A DNA stretch of 64,000 nt from Methylophilus sp. (GCF_035460085.1 NZ_DATHWZ010000090.1:15006-79005); one strand, 5' to 3'; shown: positions 16,698 through 27,085, counted from the stretch's first letter. The notes: generated from the letters alone by a model not told the origin. Numbers and translations are program-made.

Positions 16698-19600
16698 ATG
16701 TTAAATCGCTTTTTCCTCCTGCTGGCTGCGCTGCGTGCATCGCTTATTTTAAAAGTTGTTGCCGGATTACTTATTTTCTATTTTTTGTTCGCCTGGCTAG
16801 CCATTAACCCTCTGGCGAAATGGCTGCTCCCTCAAATCGCCGATACACAATTGGCGAGTAAAGCCACCGTTGAAAAAGTCACTTTTGACCCTTTCCGCCT
16901 GATAGCGAAGATAGAACACCTGACACTGACTGAGAAAAACGGCGCACCGTTAGCGTCTTTTGACAAACTGGTGATAGATATGGAGTTCAGCGGCCTTTTT
17001 AGCTGGGCCTGGAAAATGAGACATATCGAATTAACCGCACCCAAAGTTAACGTCCATATCTCCAAGCAGGGAAAACTCAACTGGTCAGACCTGATTGCCA
17101 AACTTAACGAAGAGCCGTCTCCGCCTGAAAAAAACCTGCCGCGTGTGATTATTGAAAACATTAATATTCGCAAAGGCGATATTGAATATCTGGATGCAAA
17201 GCATTCAACACCCTTGCAAGCCTCTTTAAAACCGCTGGACTTCGAACTGGATGGCTTCTCGACCTTGCCGGAAGACCGCGGTGATTACCTGATTGCCGCC
17301 AGACTGCCTTACCAGGGTGGGACTTTGAAATGGAAAGGTAACTTTGGTGTTAATCCACTGGCATCGCAAGGCTCACTTGCAATAGAAGGTTTGAAAATTG
17401 CGAAGCTAGTGCAATGGGTTAACACTGAAAGATGGCCGTTTCAACCAGATGCAGGCAACTTTTCCAGTCAATTAAACTATGATTTCTCACTACCTGACCA
17501 ACACCCTGAACTGTCAGTGTCCAATGCGACAATTGCGATTGATACATTGGCAGGAAAGCTAGTGCAAGGTGATCGAGTAGCATTGAACCAGATCAAGCTG
17601 CTGATCAAGAAATTCGCGTTTGCACAGCCATCGCACACCACAATTGCGACGCAAGATATTACCGTTAATCTTGATCAACTCAAGTTACAAAAACCGCAAG
17701 CAGAATTCACAATGGCTTCGGCCAATGCCACCTTACCCAGGTTTGAATTTACTGATAAGGACCATCTACAGCTCACTTTCGAAAACCTCAACTTGCAATT
17801 TGCGCAACTGCTCTTGCAGCACCAACAAAAAAGTCTTTTCCAGCTACCTGCCTTATCTGTTGAGCATGTGAGCCTGAATCTGGCCGAACGCCAGGCAGCT
17901 ATCGGCAAAATATTGCTAGCGGATGGCAAATTTTCTGCAAGTCGTCACGCCGATGGCACGCTGGATTGGCAGCAGGCCTTAGCCACCGCAAGCTCATCAA
18001 AAACAGAAGAAAAGCTGCCTGAAAATCAGCAAACATCCGAGGATAAGCAAAAACCGGATGCTCCTTTCCATTTCAATATAGGCGAAGTTGCGCTAGAACA
18101 TTGGCAACTCGCATACCTTGACCAGCAGTTTGCGAAACCATTGGAAGCCAATATCGCCGACTTTAATCTTCATCTGGCGCTAGATCAGCAAACAGACTTA
18201 AAAATTAAACAAATCAAGGCCGAAGCCAAGCAGCTCAGCGTGCAATCGGACAAGAAACCCGTCGCGCAACTGGCCAGTCTCGCGCTCAGTGATAGCAGCG
18301 TGGCATTGGCCCAACAAAAAATCAACCTGGGCGCACTTCAACTCACCGGCCTCAAAACCAGCGTGATCAGGCAAACTGACCAGCAACTAAACTGGCAGGT
18401 ATTACTTGCCCCGGCAAAAAGCGAAAACAAAGGTGGCCCTCCTTCCCAGGTGAGCAACACCTCAGCGCCTGGCAAGCCTGAGGCGACCACGTCTTCCGCT
18501 TCGAAAAAATCTGCATGGGCATTTGGCTTAAACCATTTTGCTTTGCAGCACGCCGATATTCATATTGAAGACAATACCACCTCTACCCCGGTGATATTAG
18601 ATGTTGCAGACGGCAGCGTTGAGGTCGCTGGCCTGAGCCAACAGATGACACGCGCGTTACCGGTGAAAGCTACTTTCAAGGTAAAACAGGGCGGGCAGTT
18701 CAGCGCCCAGGGCAAATTATCTCCTTCACCCTTTAAAACCGACTTGCAATTATCGCTGGTCGATTTATCACTCAAACCATTTGCCCCCTATATCCAGCAA
18801 GTCGCCTTGCTCAACTTGCAAGATGGCAGTGCCAGCATACAGGGAAGACTACAGCAGAGCAGCAGCGGTGCGACCACATTTGATGGTGGTTTCAATGTCA
18901 AAAATTGGTCACTGCTGGAAGAATCCAGCCAGCAACCTTTTCTACGTTGGGAATCATTACAGGGTGATGGCCTTGCGCTTTCGCTTGCACCTAACCGTCT
19001 GCAATTAAACACGTTGACACTGAATAATCCACAAACAAAATTCATCATTTATGCTGACCGTAGCCTGAATATTTCCAAGGTGATGCGAACCTCGCCAACT
19101 GCAACCAGCAGTCAACCAGCAGCCAAACAAACAGAATCCAAACCAACCGGCAGCAATACGCCCCTCGCAGTTGACAATAAGCAAGCTCACGCAAATAACA
19201 ACCCAGGAGACTTTCCTGTCAGTGTGGATACAGTGCGTATCAATGGCGCCAAGCTTGAATTTGCAGACTTGTCATTGCCACAACCGTTTGGTACCAACAT
19301 CCACTCACTAGGCGGAGTAATCAACGGTATTTCAACTAATCCTGTTGCAACAGCCCAGGTAGAGCTTGATGGCAAGGTCGATGAATATGGGGCCGCGCGT
19401 ATCCATGGCTCTTTGCAACCATTCAAAGCGACTGAGTTTACCGATATCAAACTGGCCTTTACCAATCTTGATATGAACCGGCTCACACCCTACTCCGGCA
19501 AATTCGCCGGGCGCAAAATTGAATCCGGCAAACTATCTGTGGACCTCGAGTACAAGATCAAACAGCGCCAGTTGACTGGTGAAAACAAATTTGTGCTCAA

Positions 19601-20402
19601 GAAACTGACGTTAGGTGAAAAAATAGACAGCAAAGATGCGCCTGACCTGCCACTTGATCTTGCTATCGCGATCCTGGAAGACAGTGACGGTGTGATTGAC
19701 CTGGATTTACCGATCAGCGGCAGCCTGGATGACCCTAAATTCAGCTATGGCGGCATTATGTGGAAAGCCTTTACCAATGTGCTGACTAAAATTGTGACCG
19801 CCCCATTCAGTGCATTGGGCAAACTGTTTGGCAGTAGCGAAAAACTGGAGGCTATCGTGTTTGAAGCAGGAAAAGCTGTTATTTCGCCTCCGGAATTGGA
19901 AAAGCTGCACGCAGTCAGCAAAGCGCTGGAAAAACGCCAGCAATTGAAATTAGGCATTGTTCCTGGTTATGACTCGTCGGCGGATACCCGTGCCATCCAG
20001 GAAATGACGCTGCGCAAACAAGTCGCTGAAGAGATGGGTATACGTCTTGAAGCGGGGCAATCGGCTGGCCCGATAGACTTGAACAACCCAAAAGTACAAT
20101 CAGCCTTAAAAGCTTTACACGACCGCCTGACCAATAAAGGCCTGCTCAAGCGCCTCGCAGCTAAACTGGAAAAGATACCCGAAGGTTTTTACACACAGGC
20201 GCAAGAAGCATTAACCACTAGCATTCAGGTCTCAGAAACCGACTTGCAGAATCTGGCCAAATCACGCGCAGATTCTATTCAGAAGGTATTGCAAGAGGCG
20301 GGAGTCACTACGCAAAGGGTTACGTCAGCGACGCCCGTCACGGTCAAAGGGGATAGAAACCAGGTGCCAAGTAAATTGACACTGGATGTGATAAAAAATT
20401 AG
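16698..20402 (+). CDS. DUF748-repeat (AsmA-like) envelope protein with C-terminal OmpA-like region
   Basis: N-terminal TM anchor; four recurrences of a '..G.LNW..L'-like motif; PYSGKFAGRKIESGKLSVDLEY and LPLDLAIAILEDSDGVIDLDLPISGSLDDP.F motifs typical of DUF748 proteins. Confidence 0.85.
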   Translation: MLNRFFLLLAALRASLILKVVAGLLIFYFLFAWLAINPLAKWLLPQIADTQLASKATVEKVTFDPFRLIAKIEHLTLTEKNGAPLASFDKLVIDMEFSGLFSWAWKMRHIELTAPKVNVHISKQGKLNWSDLIAKLNEEPSPPEKNLPRVIIENINIRKGDIEYLDAKHSTPLQASLKPLDFELDGFSTLPEDRGDYLIAARLPYQGGTLKWKGNFGVNPLASQGSLAIEGLKIAKLVQWVNTERWPFQPDAGNFSSQLNYDFSLPDQHPELSVSNATIAIDTLAGKLVQGDRVALNQIKLLIKKFAFAQPSHTTIATQDITVNLDQLKLQKPQAEFTMASANATLPRFEFTDKDHLQLTFENLNLQFAQLLLQHQQKSLFQLPALSVEHVSLNLAERQAAIGKILLADGKFSASRHADGTLDWQQALATASSSKTEEKLPENQQTSEDKQKPDAPFHFNIGEVALEHWQLAYLDQQFAKPLEANIADFNLHLALDQQTDLKIKQIKAEAKQLSVQSDKKPVAQLASLALSDSSVALAQQKINLGALQLTGLKTSVIRQTDQQLNWQVLLAPAKSENKGGPPSQVSNTSAPGKPEATTSSASKKSAWAFGLNHFALQHADIHIEDNTTSTPVILDVADGSVEVAGLSQQMTRALPVKATFKVKQGGQFSAQGKLSPSPFKTDLQLSLVDLSLKPFAPYIQQVALLNLQDGSASIQGRLQQSSSGATTFDGGFNVKNWSLLEESSQQPFLRWESLQGDGLALSLAPNRLQLNTLTLNNPQTKFIIYADRSLNISKVMRTSPTATSSQPAAKQTESKPTGSNTPLAVDNKQAHANNNPGDFPVSVDTVRINGAKLEFADLSLPQPFGTNIHSLGGVINGISTNPVATAQVELDGKVDEYGAARIHGSLQPFKATEFTDIKLAFTNLDMNRLTPYSGKFAGRKIESGKLSVDLEYKIKQRQLTGENKFVLKKLTLGEKIDSKDAPDLPLDLAIAILEDSDGVIDLDLPISGSLDDPKFSYGGIMWKAFTNVLTKIVTAPFSALGKLFGSSEKLEAIVFEAGKAVISPPELEKLHAVSKALEKRQQLKLGIVPGYDSSADTRAIQEMTLRKQVAEEMGIRLEAGQSAGPIDLNNPKVQSALKALHDRLTNKGLLKRLAAKLEKIPEGFYTQAQEALTTSIQVSETDLQNLAKSRADSIQKVLQEAGVTTQRVTSATPVTVKGDRNQVPSKLTLDVIKN

Positions 20403-20461
20403 CTGATGCTTCCGGATCGAGGTCATGAGAGTGCCCTTGATTGATTCGGGAGAAGAAGAGT

Positions 20462-21100
20462 CTACATCACCAGCACAGTCAGTAGCTGCTGGAAAAACCT
20501 CAATAACGGTGACAGGATCATACTTAATACCCCGGTAAATAACAGCGCAATCAAGATCAGCATACCGTAACGCTCTACCTTGGAAAATGCGATAGCTGCT
20601 CGCATTGGTAACAGACTGACTGCAATCCTGCCGCCATCCAGCGGGGGTAATGGCAATAAATTCAGCACTAACAACACCAGGTTAATCTGAATGCCGGCAA
20701 TACTCATTTGTGAAAGAAAATCCTGCGCTGAGAGTGGAAAAAGCTCAATGCGCGCAAGAATCAAACCCCAGCCTATCGCCATCACAAAATTGGAGGCAGG
20801 CCCTGCCAAAGCGACCCACAGCATATCTTTTTTCGGATGGCGCAAGTTTGCGAAATTAACCGGTACTGGCTTAGCCCAGCCAAACAACACACCACCCAGC
20901 ATGACGCTCAAGGCTGGTAATAAAATAGTGCCGAAAGGATCAATATGCTTAAAAGGATTCAGCGTAATCCGCCCCATGCGCTCGGCTGTTAAATCCCCAA
21001 AATATTTAGCGGCATAGCCGTGTGCCGCTTCATGCACGGTAATCGCAAACAGGATGGGTAATGCATAAGCTGCGATTTTTTGTATGACGGTTAATTCCAT
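20462..21100 (-). CDS. Site-2 protease (peptidase M50)
   Basis: HEAAH zinc motif, GWAKPVPVN, AGPASN, NLLPLPPLDGG motifs. Confidence 0.95.
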   Translation of the reverse strand: MELTVIQKIAAYALPILFAITVHEAAHGYAAKYFGDLTAERMGRITLNPFKHIDPFGTILLPALSVMLGGVLFGWAKPVPVNFANLRHPKKDMLWVALAGPASNFVMAIGWGLILARIELFPLSAQDFLSQMSIAGIQINLVLLVLNLLPLPPLDGGRIAVSLLPMRAAIAFSKVERYGMLILIALLFTGVLSMILSPLLRFFQQLLTVLVM

Positions 21101-21133
21101 TTGATTTCAAATTCCATTAATTCCTGACATTAG

Positions 21134-21745
21134 TTAAGGCCAGGGAGCAACACCTGCGCGAACGAGTTCTGGTGGGTCCTGGGTCAAGTCCAGCACTGTC
21201 GTTGCGCCGACATGCGCAATATCGCTGTCTATCACTGCATCGACCTGGTGCTCCAGTGTCTCGCGTATTTCCCAGCCTACCGACATCGGCACGTCATCGC
21301 CAGGCAGTTGCAAGGTCATGCTTATTAAAGGCATGTTCAACGACTCAAGCAATGCCTGCGTTACGATATGCCTGGGTACGCGCAATCCTATGGTGCTACG
21401 TTTAGGGTGCTGCAGTCGGCGAGGCACTTCGCGGCTGGCTTCCAGCAAAAAGGTATAAGCGCCGGGAGTTAAGGCTTTTAGTAACCGGAATTGGCTGTTA
21501 TTTACTTTGGCATAGGTGCCTATCTCGGCCAGGTCGCGGCAGATTAAAGTAAACGGATGGTCATCATCCACGCCGCGCATCCGACGGATACGCGTTTGTG
21601 CATCCTTAAACTCCATCGAGCAGACCAGTGCATAACTGGAATCTGTAGGGCAGGCAATCACACCGCCCTGCTGTATTAACTGGGCTGCCTGTTGGATTAA
21701 TCTGGTCTGCGGATTTTCCGCATGAATAATGAAATATTGTGCCAT
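21134..21745 (-). CDS. yciO: YciO/Sua5-YrdC family protein
   Basis: MAQYF.IH.ENPQ.RLI, PTDSSYAL, PGAYTFLL.A..EVPRRL..PKR.TIGLRVP motifs. Confidence 0.9.
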   Translation of the reverse strand: MAQYFIIHAENPQTRLIQQAAQLIQQGGVIACPTDSSYALVCSMEFKDAQTRIRRMRGVDDDHPFTLICRDLAEIGTYAKVNNSQFRLLKALTPGAYTFLLEASREVPRRLQHPKRSTIGLRVPRHIVTQALLESLNMPLISMTLQLPGDDVPMSVGWEIRETLEHQVDAVIDSDIAHVGATTVLDLTQDPPELVRAGVAPWP

Positions 21746-21750
21746 CGTAG

Positions 21751-22602
21751 TTATTGCAGCAGGCTTGCTTCCGGCCAATCCTGCCAGACAGGCACGCAGC
21801 CGGCTGGCAAATCCGGCAAGCGCCCCATTTCCATGTAGGACATACCAGGCCCATGGTAATCAGACCCTTGCGAAGCTTTCAGGTCAAAACGGTGCGCAAG
21901 TTTGGCAAATTGTGCATATTGTGGTGGCTGATGGCTACCAGTGACCACTTCCAGCGCCACCCCCCCCTGATCCCTGAACTCATTCAATAGCAAATGCATA
22001 TTGACGAAGCCCAGGTCATATCTGCCGGGATGCGCCAGCACCGCTTGCCCACCGCTGTCTTTGATCAGCGTCAGCGCCTCTTGGAGGCTCATCCACTCAT
22101 AATTCACATAACCGGGCTTGCCTTTAACCATGTATTTTTTAAACACGGATTTAATGTTTTTTGCGTACCCCTGTTTCACCAGGAACTGGGCAAAATGGCT
22201 ACGCGTCATCACGCTATCGCCGGAAATTTCCCGCGCGCCTTCATAGGCATTGGCAATACCGGCCTTCGCTAGTCCCTCGGCTATCTGGCGGGCACGCGCA
22301 TCGCGTCCCTCCCGCACTTTGGCAAAAGCGTTCAGCAGTGCAGGATGCTGAGGATTAACGCGCAAACCGACAATATGCAAAGTTCGCTTTTTCCAGGTGG
22401 CTGAAATCTCAACGCCATCAATCAAATGAATGCCATGCAGCTCGGCGGCCACACGTGCACGTGCCAGCCCACTCACTTCATCATGATCGGTCAATGCCAG
22501 CACACGTACACCTTTACTGGCGGCGTGCGCTACAAGCTCCTCAGGCGAGAGCAAACCATCGGACATGGTTGAGTGGCAATGCAAATCGATGGGTACTGTC
22601 AT
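21751..22602 (-). CDS. PHP-domain nucleotide phosphoesterase (YciV/TrpH/Rnm family)
   Basis: DLHCHSTMSDG, LALTDHD, GVEIS, LHIVGL, VLAHPGRY, SQGSDYH motifs. Confidence 0.93.
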   Translation of the reverse strand: MTVPIDLHCHSTMSDGLLSPEELVAHAASKGVRVLALTDHDEVSGLARARVAAELHGIHLIDGVEISATWKKRTLHIVGLRVNPQHPALLNAFAKVREGRDARARQIAEGLAKAGIANAYEGAREISGDSVMTRSHFAQFLVKQGYAKNIKSVFKKYMVKGKPGYVNYEWMSLQEALTLIKDSGGQAVLAHPGRYDLGFVNMHLLLNEFRDQGGVALEVVTGSHQPPQYAQFAKLAHRFDLKASQGSDYHGPGMSYMEMGRLPDLPAGCVPVWQDWPEASLLQ

Positions 22603-22745
22603 GATTGATGATAATGCCGATTCGGTAATTGGGAGGAAACTTCGCCTGTTCTGACCTTTTTAAGGAAACGAACTTTGCAATTCGACAGAAATCATAGCAA
22701 AATAGTGCCCTCACAGATAGCAGGAATTCAGTCACCTGATCCCAC

Positions 22746-23288
22746 ATGCAAGTCATTATCGATTTATTGCCAGTCATCCTCTTTTTCATTGCCTATAAAA
22801 AAGCAGGTATTTTTGTGGCTACTTCAGTTGCCATTGTAAGCACTTTGGTACTGATGTTGATCGTATGGATCAAGCGCGGAAAGATTGACAAGATGCTGAT
22901 GATTAATGGCGCAGTCATCACGGTGCTAGGTGGCATCACCTTATTACTGCACGACAAAACCTATATCATGTGGAAACCAACCGTGATTTACTGGATAGGC
23001 GCATTGGCACTTTTATCCAGTCGCTATGTTTTCCGGAACAACCTGATTGCCCGCATGCTTGGCAAAATCATTGCCCCGCCAAACAATGTATGGGATAAGT
23101 TAAACCTGTGCTGGGTACTATTTTTAGTAGGGTTGGGCAGTTTAAATCTGTATGTGGCTTTTCATTATGATGAGAATGCCTGGGTCAACTTTAAACTGTT
23201 TGGCACTACCAGCATCATGTTCATATTTATTATTTCGCAGGTTTTTTTGCTGAAAGATTACTGGATAGAACATCCACCGGCTGCCTGA
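22746..23288 (+). CDS. yciB: Inner-membrane protein YciB (IspZ)
   Basis: DLLPVILFF.AYK, GGITLLLHDKTYIMWKPT, W.KLN, WVNFKLFG motifs. Confidence 0.95.
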   Translation: MQVIIDLLPVILFFIAYKKAGIFVATSVAIVSTLVLMLIVWIKRGKIDKMLMINGAVITVLGGITLLLHDKTYIMWKPTVIYWIGALALLSSRYVFRNNLIARMLGKIIAPPNNVWDKLNLCWVLFLVGLGSLNLYVAFHYDENAWVNFKLFGTTSIMFIFIISQVFLLKDYWIEHPPAA

Positions 23289-23309
23289 GAAAACTAACGG
23301 ATATACCTT

Positions 23310-23609
23310 ATGTTATACATGATTTATGCTCAGGATAATGCCAACAGCCTGCCCCTTCGCCTGCAACACAGGCCTGCCCACCTGGAGCGCTTGCAACAGC
23401 TGCAATCTGAAGGGCGGTTAATATTGGCAGGCCCCTTGCCTTCCGTAGACAATATAGACCCGGGCGAAGCAGGTTACAGTGGCAGCCTGATCGTGGCTGA
23501 ATTCGAGTCATTAGAGGCGGCTACCGAGTGGGCTGACAGCGACCCGTTCAAGCATGCTGGTGTCTATGCCAACATTCAAGTGAACCCTTTCCGCAAGACG
23601 TTGCCATAA
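23310..23609 (+). CDS. yciI: YciI family protein
   Basis: R...[31 protein letters not shown] motifs. Confidence 0.95.
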   Translation: MLYMIYAQDNANSLPLRLQHRPAHLERLQQLQSEGRLILAGPLPSVDNIDPGEAGYSGSLIVAEFESLEAATEWADSDPFKHAGVYANIQVNPFRKTLP

Positions 23610-23872
23610 TGCTGCAAACTGAAATTACGCAACGTCTGCAGGCACTCCAGCCCGAGCAACTCGACATCGAAGACGACAGTGCTTTGCACAAGGGACACGC
23701 AGGAAACACGGGCGGCGGACACTTTACCATCACGGTGAAAAGCTCGCTATTTTCAGGAAAATCACAGATAATGCGCCATCGCATGGTATATCAATGCTTG
23801 CAAGACTTGATGCCTCATCGCATACATGCACTCAGTATCAACGCATTATCTACTGATGAGTCATCTGATTGA
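23609..23872 (+). CDS. bolA: BolA family protein
   Basis: DDSALHKGHAG, GHF...V.S..F, RHRMVY, IHALSI motifs; ATG overlaps the yciI stop codon. Confidence 0.93.
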   Translation: MLQTEITQRLQALQPEQLDIEDDSALHKGHAGNTGGGHFTITVKSSLFSGKSQIMRHRMVYQCLQDLMPHRIHALSINALSTDESSD

Positions 23873-23922
23873 AACAATTCTGTTTTTTAATATTGCACCA
23901 TTTCGTTTTTTAAGGATATTGC

Positions 23923-24738
23923 ATGAAATTTTTGAAAATGATGTTGGCGATTGCATGCTTTAGCGCATTGCCACATGCTTACGCAGCTGATGCTGATGCC
24001 ATTGCTACAGTCAACGGCAAACCGATCAAGAAAACCTGGGTTGAATTCATCTTAAGGGATGCGGAAGCACGTACTGGACAAAAAGCAAACGATGGCATGA
24101 AAGCCGCTGTTGTAAATGAGCTGGTAGGTTCTGAACTGGCTTACCAGGAAGCGCAAAAAGCGGGTATTGATAAACAGCCTGACTTTGTTGCGAGCGAAGA
24201 GCTGGCACGTCGTAAACTGTTAGTGAATGCTTTCCTGGCTGATTTCATCAGAAAAAATCCAGTGACTGAAGCCGAGAAAAAAGAAGGCTATGAGCAGTAC
24301 AAAAAAGAACTGGGTGACAAAGAATACAATGCGCGCCATATCCTGGTGAAAACAGATGCCGAAGCAAAAGCGATTATCGCAGACCTGAAAAAAGGTACCG
24401 ACTTTGCGAAAGTTGCCAAAGAAAAATCACTCGACCCTGGTTCTAAGGAAAAAGGTGGCGACCTTGGCTGGTTCTCTCCGGCCGGGATGGTTAAACCATT
24501 TGCAGATGCATTGTTAGTCTTGAAAAAAGGCGAAACGACACCTGAGCCGGTCCAGTCTCAATTCGGCTGGCATGTGATCAAACTGGTGGATACACGCGCA
24601 TTGCAAGTACCTCCGTTTGACAAAGTTAAAGAAGGCATCGAGCGTACCATTCAGCAACGCAAGCTGGAAAAATACATGTTGAGCCTGAAAGACAAAGCGA
24701 AAATTGAAGTAACAGGTGTTGAGAAAAAAACACCTTAA
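23923..24738 (+). CDS. Periplasmic parvulin-type (PpiC) peptidyl-prolyl isomerase
   Basis: Signal peptide; EYNARHILV, FAKVAKEKS.DPGSKEKGGDLGWF, SQFGWHVIK motifs. Confidence 0.95.
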   Translation: MKFLKMMLAIACFSALPHAYAADADAIATVNGKPIKKTWVEFILRDAEARTGQKANDGMKAAVVNELVGSELAYQEAQKAGIDKQPDFVASEELARRKLLVNAFLADFIRKNPVTEAEKKEGYEQYKKELGDKEYNARHILVKTDAEAKAIIADLKKGTDFAKVAKEKSLDPGSKEKGGDLGWFSPAGMVKPFADALLVLKKGETTPEPVQSQFGWHVIKLVDTRALQVPPFDKVKEGIERTIQQRKLEKYMLSLKDKAKIEVTGVEKKTP

Positions 24739-24758
24739 TCACCTCAGTGTTGATCAGT

Positions 24759-24790
24759 TAAAAGCCAGCTTATGCTGGCTTTTACTTTTT
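24759..24790 (+). terminator. Intrinsic terminator after the parvulin gene
   Basis: TAAAAGCCAGC-ttat-GCTGGCTTTTA followed by a T-run. Confidence 0.88.
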
Positions 24791-24856
24791 ATTCACCCCG
24801 AAATTGCTGTAATCGCCATTTAAGGTTTTACTCACCTCTTGATTCTGCGATAAAAT

Positions 24857-24871
24857 CAAGAATTGTTCTCA
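24857..24871 (+). promoter_or_regulatory. Putative Fur box upstream of feoA
   Basis: CAAGAAT-T-GTTCTCA matches the 7-1-7 variant TGAGAAT-N-ATTCTCA at 11/14 positions; it ends 22 nt before the feoA ATG, just after a TAAAAT -10-like hexamer. Confidence 0.6.
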
Positions 24872-24893
24872 TTTGCAGCTTTGCTTCGCATCT

Positions 24894-25139
24894 ATGCAAC
24901 TCAACGCACTCAAACCCGGTGAATCCGCCCTCATCGAGGGCATCCAGGCTGAACAGGCACTGGTACAACGCCTGCATGCGTTAGGATTTCGCCCCGGAAA
25001 GCAGGTGCAAGTTGTTCGCCAAGCCGCCTTCAATGGGCCATTACATATCCGTATTGGCTCAACAGACGTAGTGATTCGCCTGCAAGATGCGCAGGCCATT
25101 CATTTAGCTAACCCTTCATCTGAATCCCTGTCCGTATGA
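24894..25139 (+). CDS. feoA: Ferrous iron transport protein A
   Basis: L..LKPGE.A.I, RL.ALGFRPG..V.VVRQAAF.GPL.IRIG motifs; overlaps feoB (ATGA). Confidence 0.93.
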   Translation: MQLNALKPGESALIEGIQAEQALVQRLHALGFRPGKQVQVVRQAAFNGPLHIRIGSTDVVIRLQDAQAIHLANPSSESLSV

Positions 25140-26926
25140 AACGTGTTGCTTTACTAGGCATGCCCAACACGGGCAAATCTACCCTGTTCAATCGATTAAG
25201 CGGGGCATCGGCACGCGTCGGCAACTGGCCAGGAATGACGGTAGACTTGCTGAGCGCAAAAATTTTACTCGGGGGCCATATTGCCGAATTAATTGATTTG
25301 CCTGGCCTGTATGACTTGAATGGGTTTTCAGATGATGAAGAGGTCGTCAGACACTTTCTCAGCAATCATCCGATTGATCTGGCATTGATTATCCTCAATA
25401 GCGCACAAATTGACAGGCAACTATCCTTGGCATTGCAACTTCGTGCATTGGGTTTGCCAACCATCTTGCTTTTAAACATGGAAGATGAAGCGAAACGTGC
25501 TGGTATCACCATAGACACCAAGCAGATGAGCGAAGAACTGGGCATGCCAGTGATGACGATCAGTGCAAAATACGGAAATGGCTGCCCGCAAGCGTTGCAA
25601 TTGGCCGCCAGAGTGCTGGAGAAAAAAGTACCCGCCAGTGACCCACAGTTGATGGCAGCCCAACTGCAAGCTGATAATGCCGTAGAAGAGGAAATGCAAC
25701 GCATTATTGACCGTTCTGTGCAAATGCCTTTGCAGTTGAATACATCGACAACTGATCGCATTGACCGTGTATTGCTACACCCCTGGCTAGGCTTACCGTT
25801 ATTTTTTCTGGCCATCTTCCTTTTATTCCAGTTCATCTTCACGATTGGTGCTCCACTACAAGAAGCGACTGCCTGGATTTTCGACACCGTGCGCAGTGAA
25901 TTACTGGATCCCGCATTGTCAGGACTGCCAACCTGGCTGAACGGATTATTGCTGGATGGCCTTTACACAGGCTTGAGTACGGTCGCAGCTTTTGTGCCCA
26001 TCATTGTGCTGTTCTTCCTGGTCATGAGTATGGTTGAAGATAGCGGTTATTTATCACGTGCCGCTTTCCTGATGGATACTTTGATGGCAAAAATGGGGAT
26101 GGATGGCCGCGGGTTTGTCATGGTACTGATGGGGTTTGGCTGTAACGTACCTGCGCTGATGGGCACCCGTGTCATGCGTAGCCGCCCCATGCGTTTGCTG
26201 ACCATGCTGACGATACCATTATCACTGTGCTCGGCACGCTTGCAGGTGTTCCTGTTTATGATCGCTATCCTATTCCCTCCTTCTCAGGCGGCAATGGCAC
26301 TGTTCTCGCTATACATGGTGAGTTTTTTCACTATTTTTTTTACTGCTATCCTGTTCAAGCAGAAATTCGCCAGCAGTGAGCCATTTGTACTGGAACTACC
26401 ACCGTATCGTTTCCCCACCCCGAATCAAATCTGGATGCGTGGCTGGCAAGAAGTGAAACATTTCCTCTATCGTGCAACCAAATTCATCGTCATCGGGGTG
26501 TTGATGGTCTGGCTGTTAACGCATTTGCCTACGACGGCAATACCCGCCAGTTCAGAAACGTGGGCGGGCAGCATAGGCCGCTTTTTTGCACCTGTGCTGG
26601 ACCCGATCGGTATTGATAACCACCTGGCGATTGCCTTGATTTTCGGCTTTGTCGCCAAAGAAATTGTGGTCGGTTCGCTGGCCGTGATTTATGGTTTGCA
26701 GGGGGATGCGCTTAGCCATCAGATCGCCGCCAATATTGACTGGGTACAAGGCATGAGTTTTATGCTGTTTACGCTCATTTATACGCCTTGCCTGTCCACG
26801 ATTGCCACCTTGCGGTCAGAAAGCAAAAGTCGCGCATTTATGTGGCTTTCGCTGGCTTGGTCACTCGGCCTGGCCTGGCTAATCAGCCTGGCCTTCTATC
26901 AAAGTGCGCGCGCGCTCGGCTATTAA
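25136..26926 (+). CDS. feoB: Ferrous iron transport protein B
   Basis: GMPNTGKSTLFN, GNWPGMTV, DLPGLY, NMED G-motifs; EDSGYLSRAAF, GFGCNVPA, YTPCLSTIA motifs. Confidence 0.97.
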   Translation: MKRVALLGMPNTGKSTLFNRLSGASARVGNWPGMTVDLLSAKILLGGHIAELIDLPGLYDLNGFSDDEEVVRHFLSNHPIDLALIILNSAQIDRQLSLALQLRALGLPTILLLNMEDEAKRAGITIDTKQMSEELGMPVMTISAKYGNGCPQALQLAARVLEKKVPASDPQLMAAQLQADNAVEEEMQRIIDRSVQMPLQLNTSTTDRIDRVLLHPWLGLPLFFLAIFLLFQFIFTIGAPLQEATAWIFDTVRSELLDPALSGLPTWLNGLLLDGLYTGLSTVAAFVPIIVLFFLVMSMVEDSGYLSRAAFLMDTLMAKMGMDGRGFVMVLMGFGCNVPALMGTRVMRSRPMRLLTMLTIPLSLCSARLQVFLFMIAILFPPSQAAMALFSLYMVSFFTIFFTAILFKQKFASSEPFVLELPPYRFPTPNQIWMRGWQEVKHFLYRATKFIVIGVLMVWLLTHLPTTAIPASSETWAGSIGRFFAPVLDPIGIDNHLAIALIFGFVAKEIVVGSLAVIYGLQGDALSHQIAANIDWVQGMSFMLFTLIYTPCLSTIATLRSESKSRAFMWLSLAWSLGLAWLISLAFYQSARALGY

Positions 26927-27085
26927 CCAGCCAGAACCTGAATTCAAGCGCTGATTAGCCTAAACCATTTAACGGCCACTGACTGCGGGTTGTATTTTAT
27001 CCAGCGCTTGTTTTTGACACTGCGGGACTGTCCGCTTTCTGCTAAAATAGCGGTTTGAATTTTCACCGAAAAATCCAATCGCCTC

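Noticed and set aside
26927-27085. Purine/ZTP riboswitch upstream of purL
   Set aside because: I could not match the conserved ZTP (pfl) or purine aptamer elements; only a short repeated ACTGCGGG is present.
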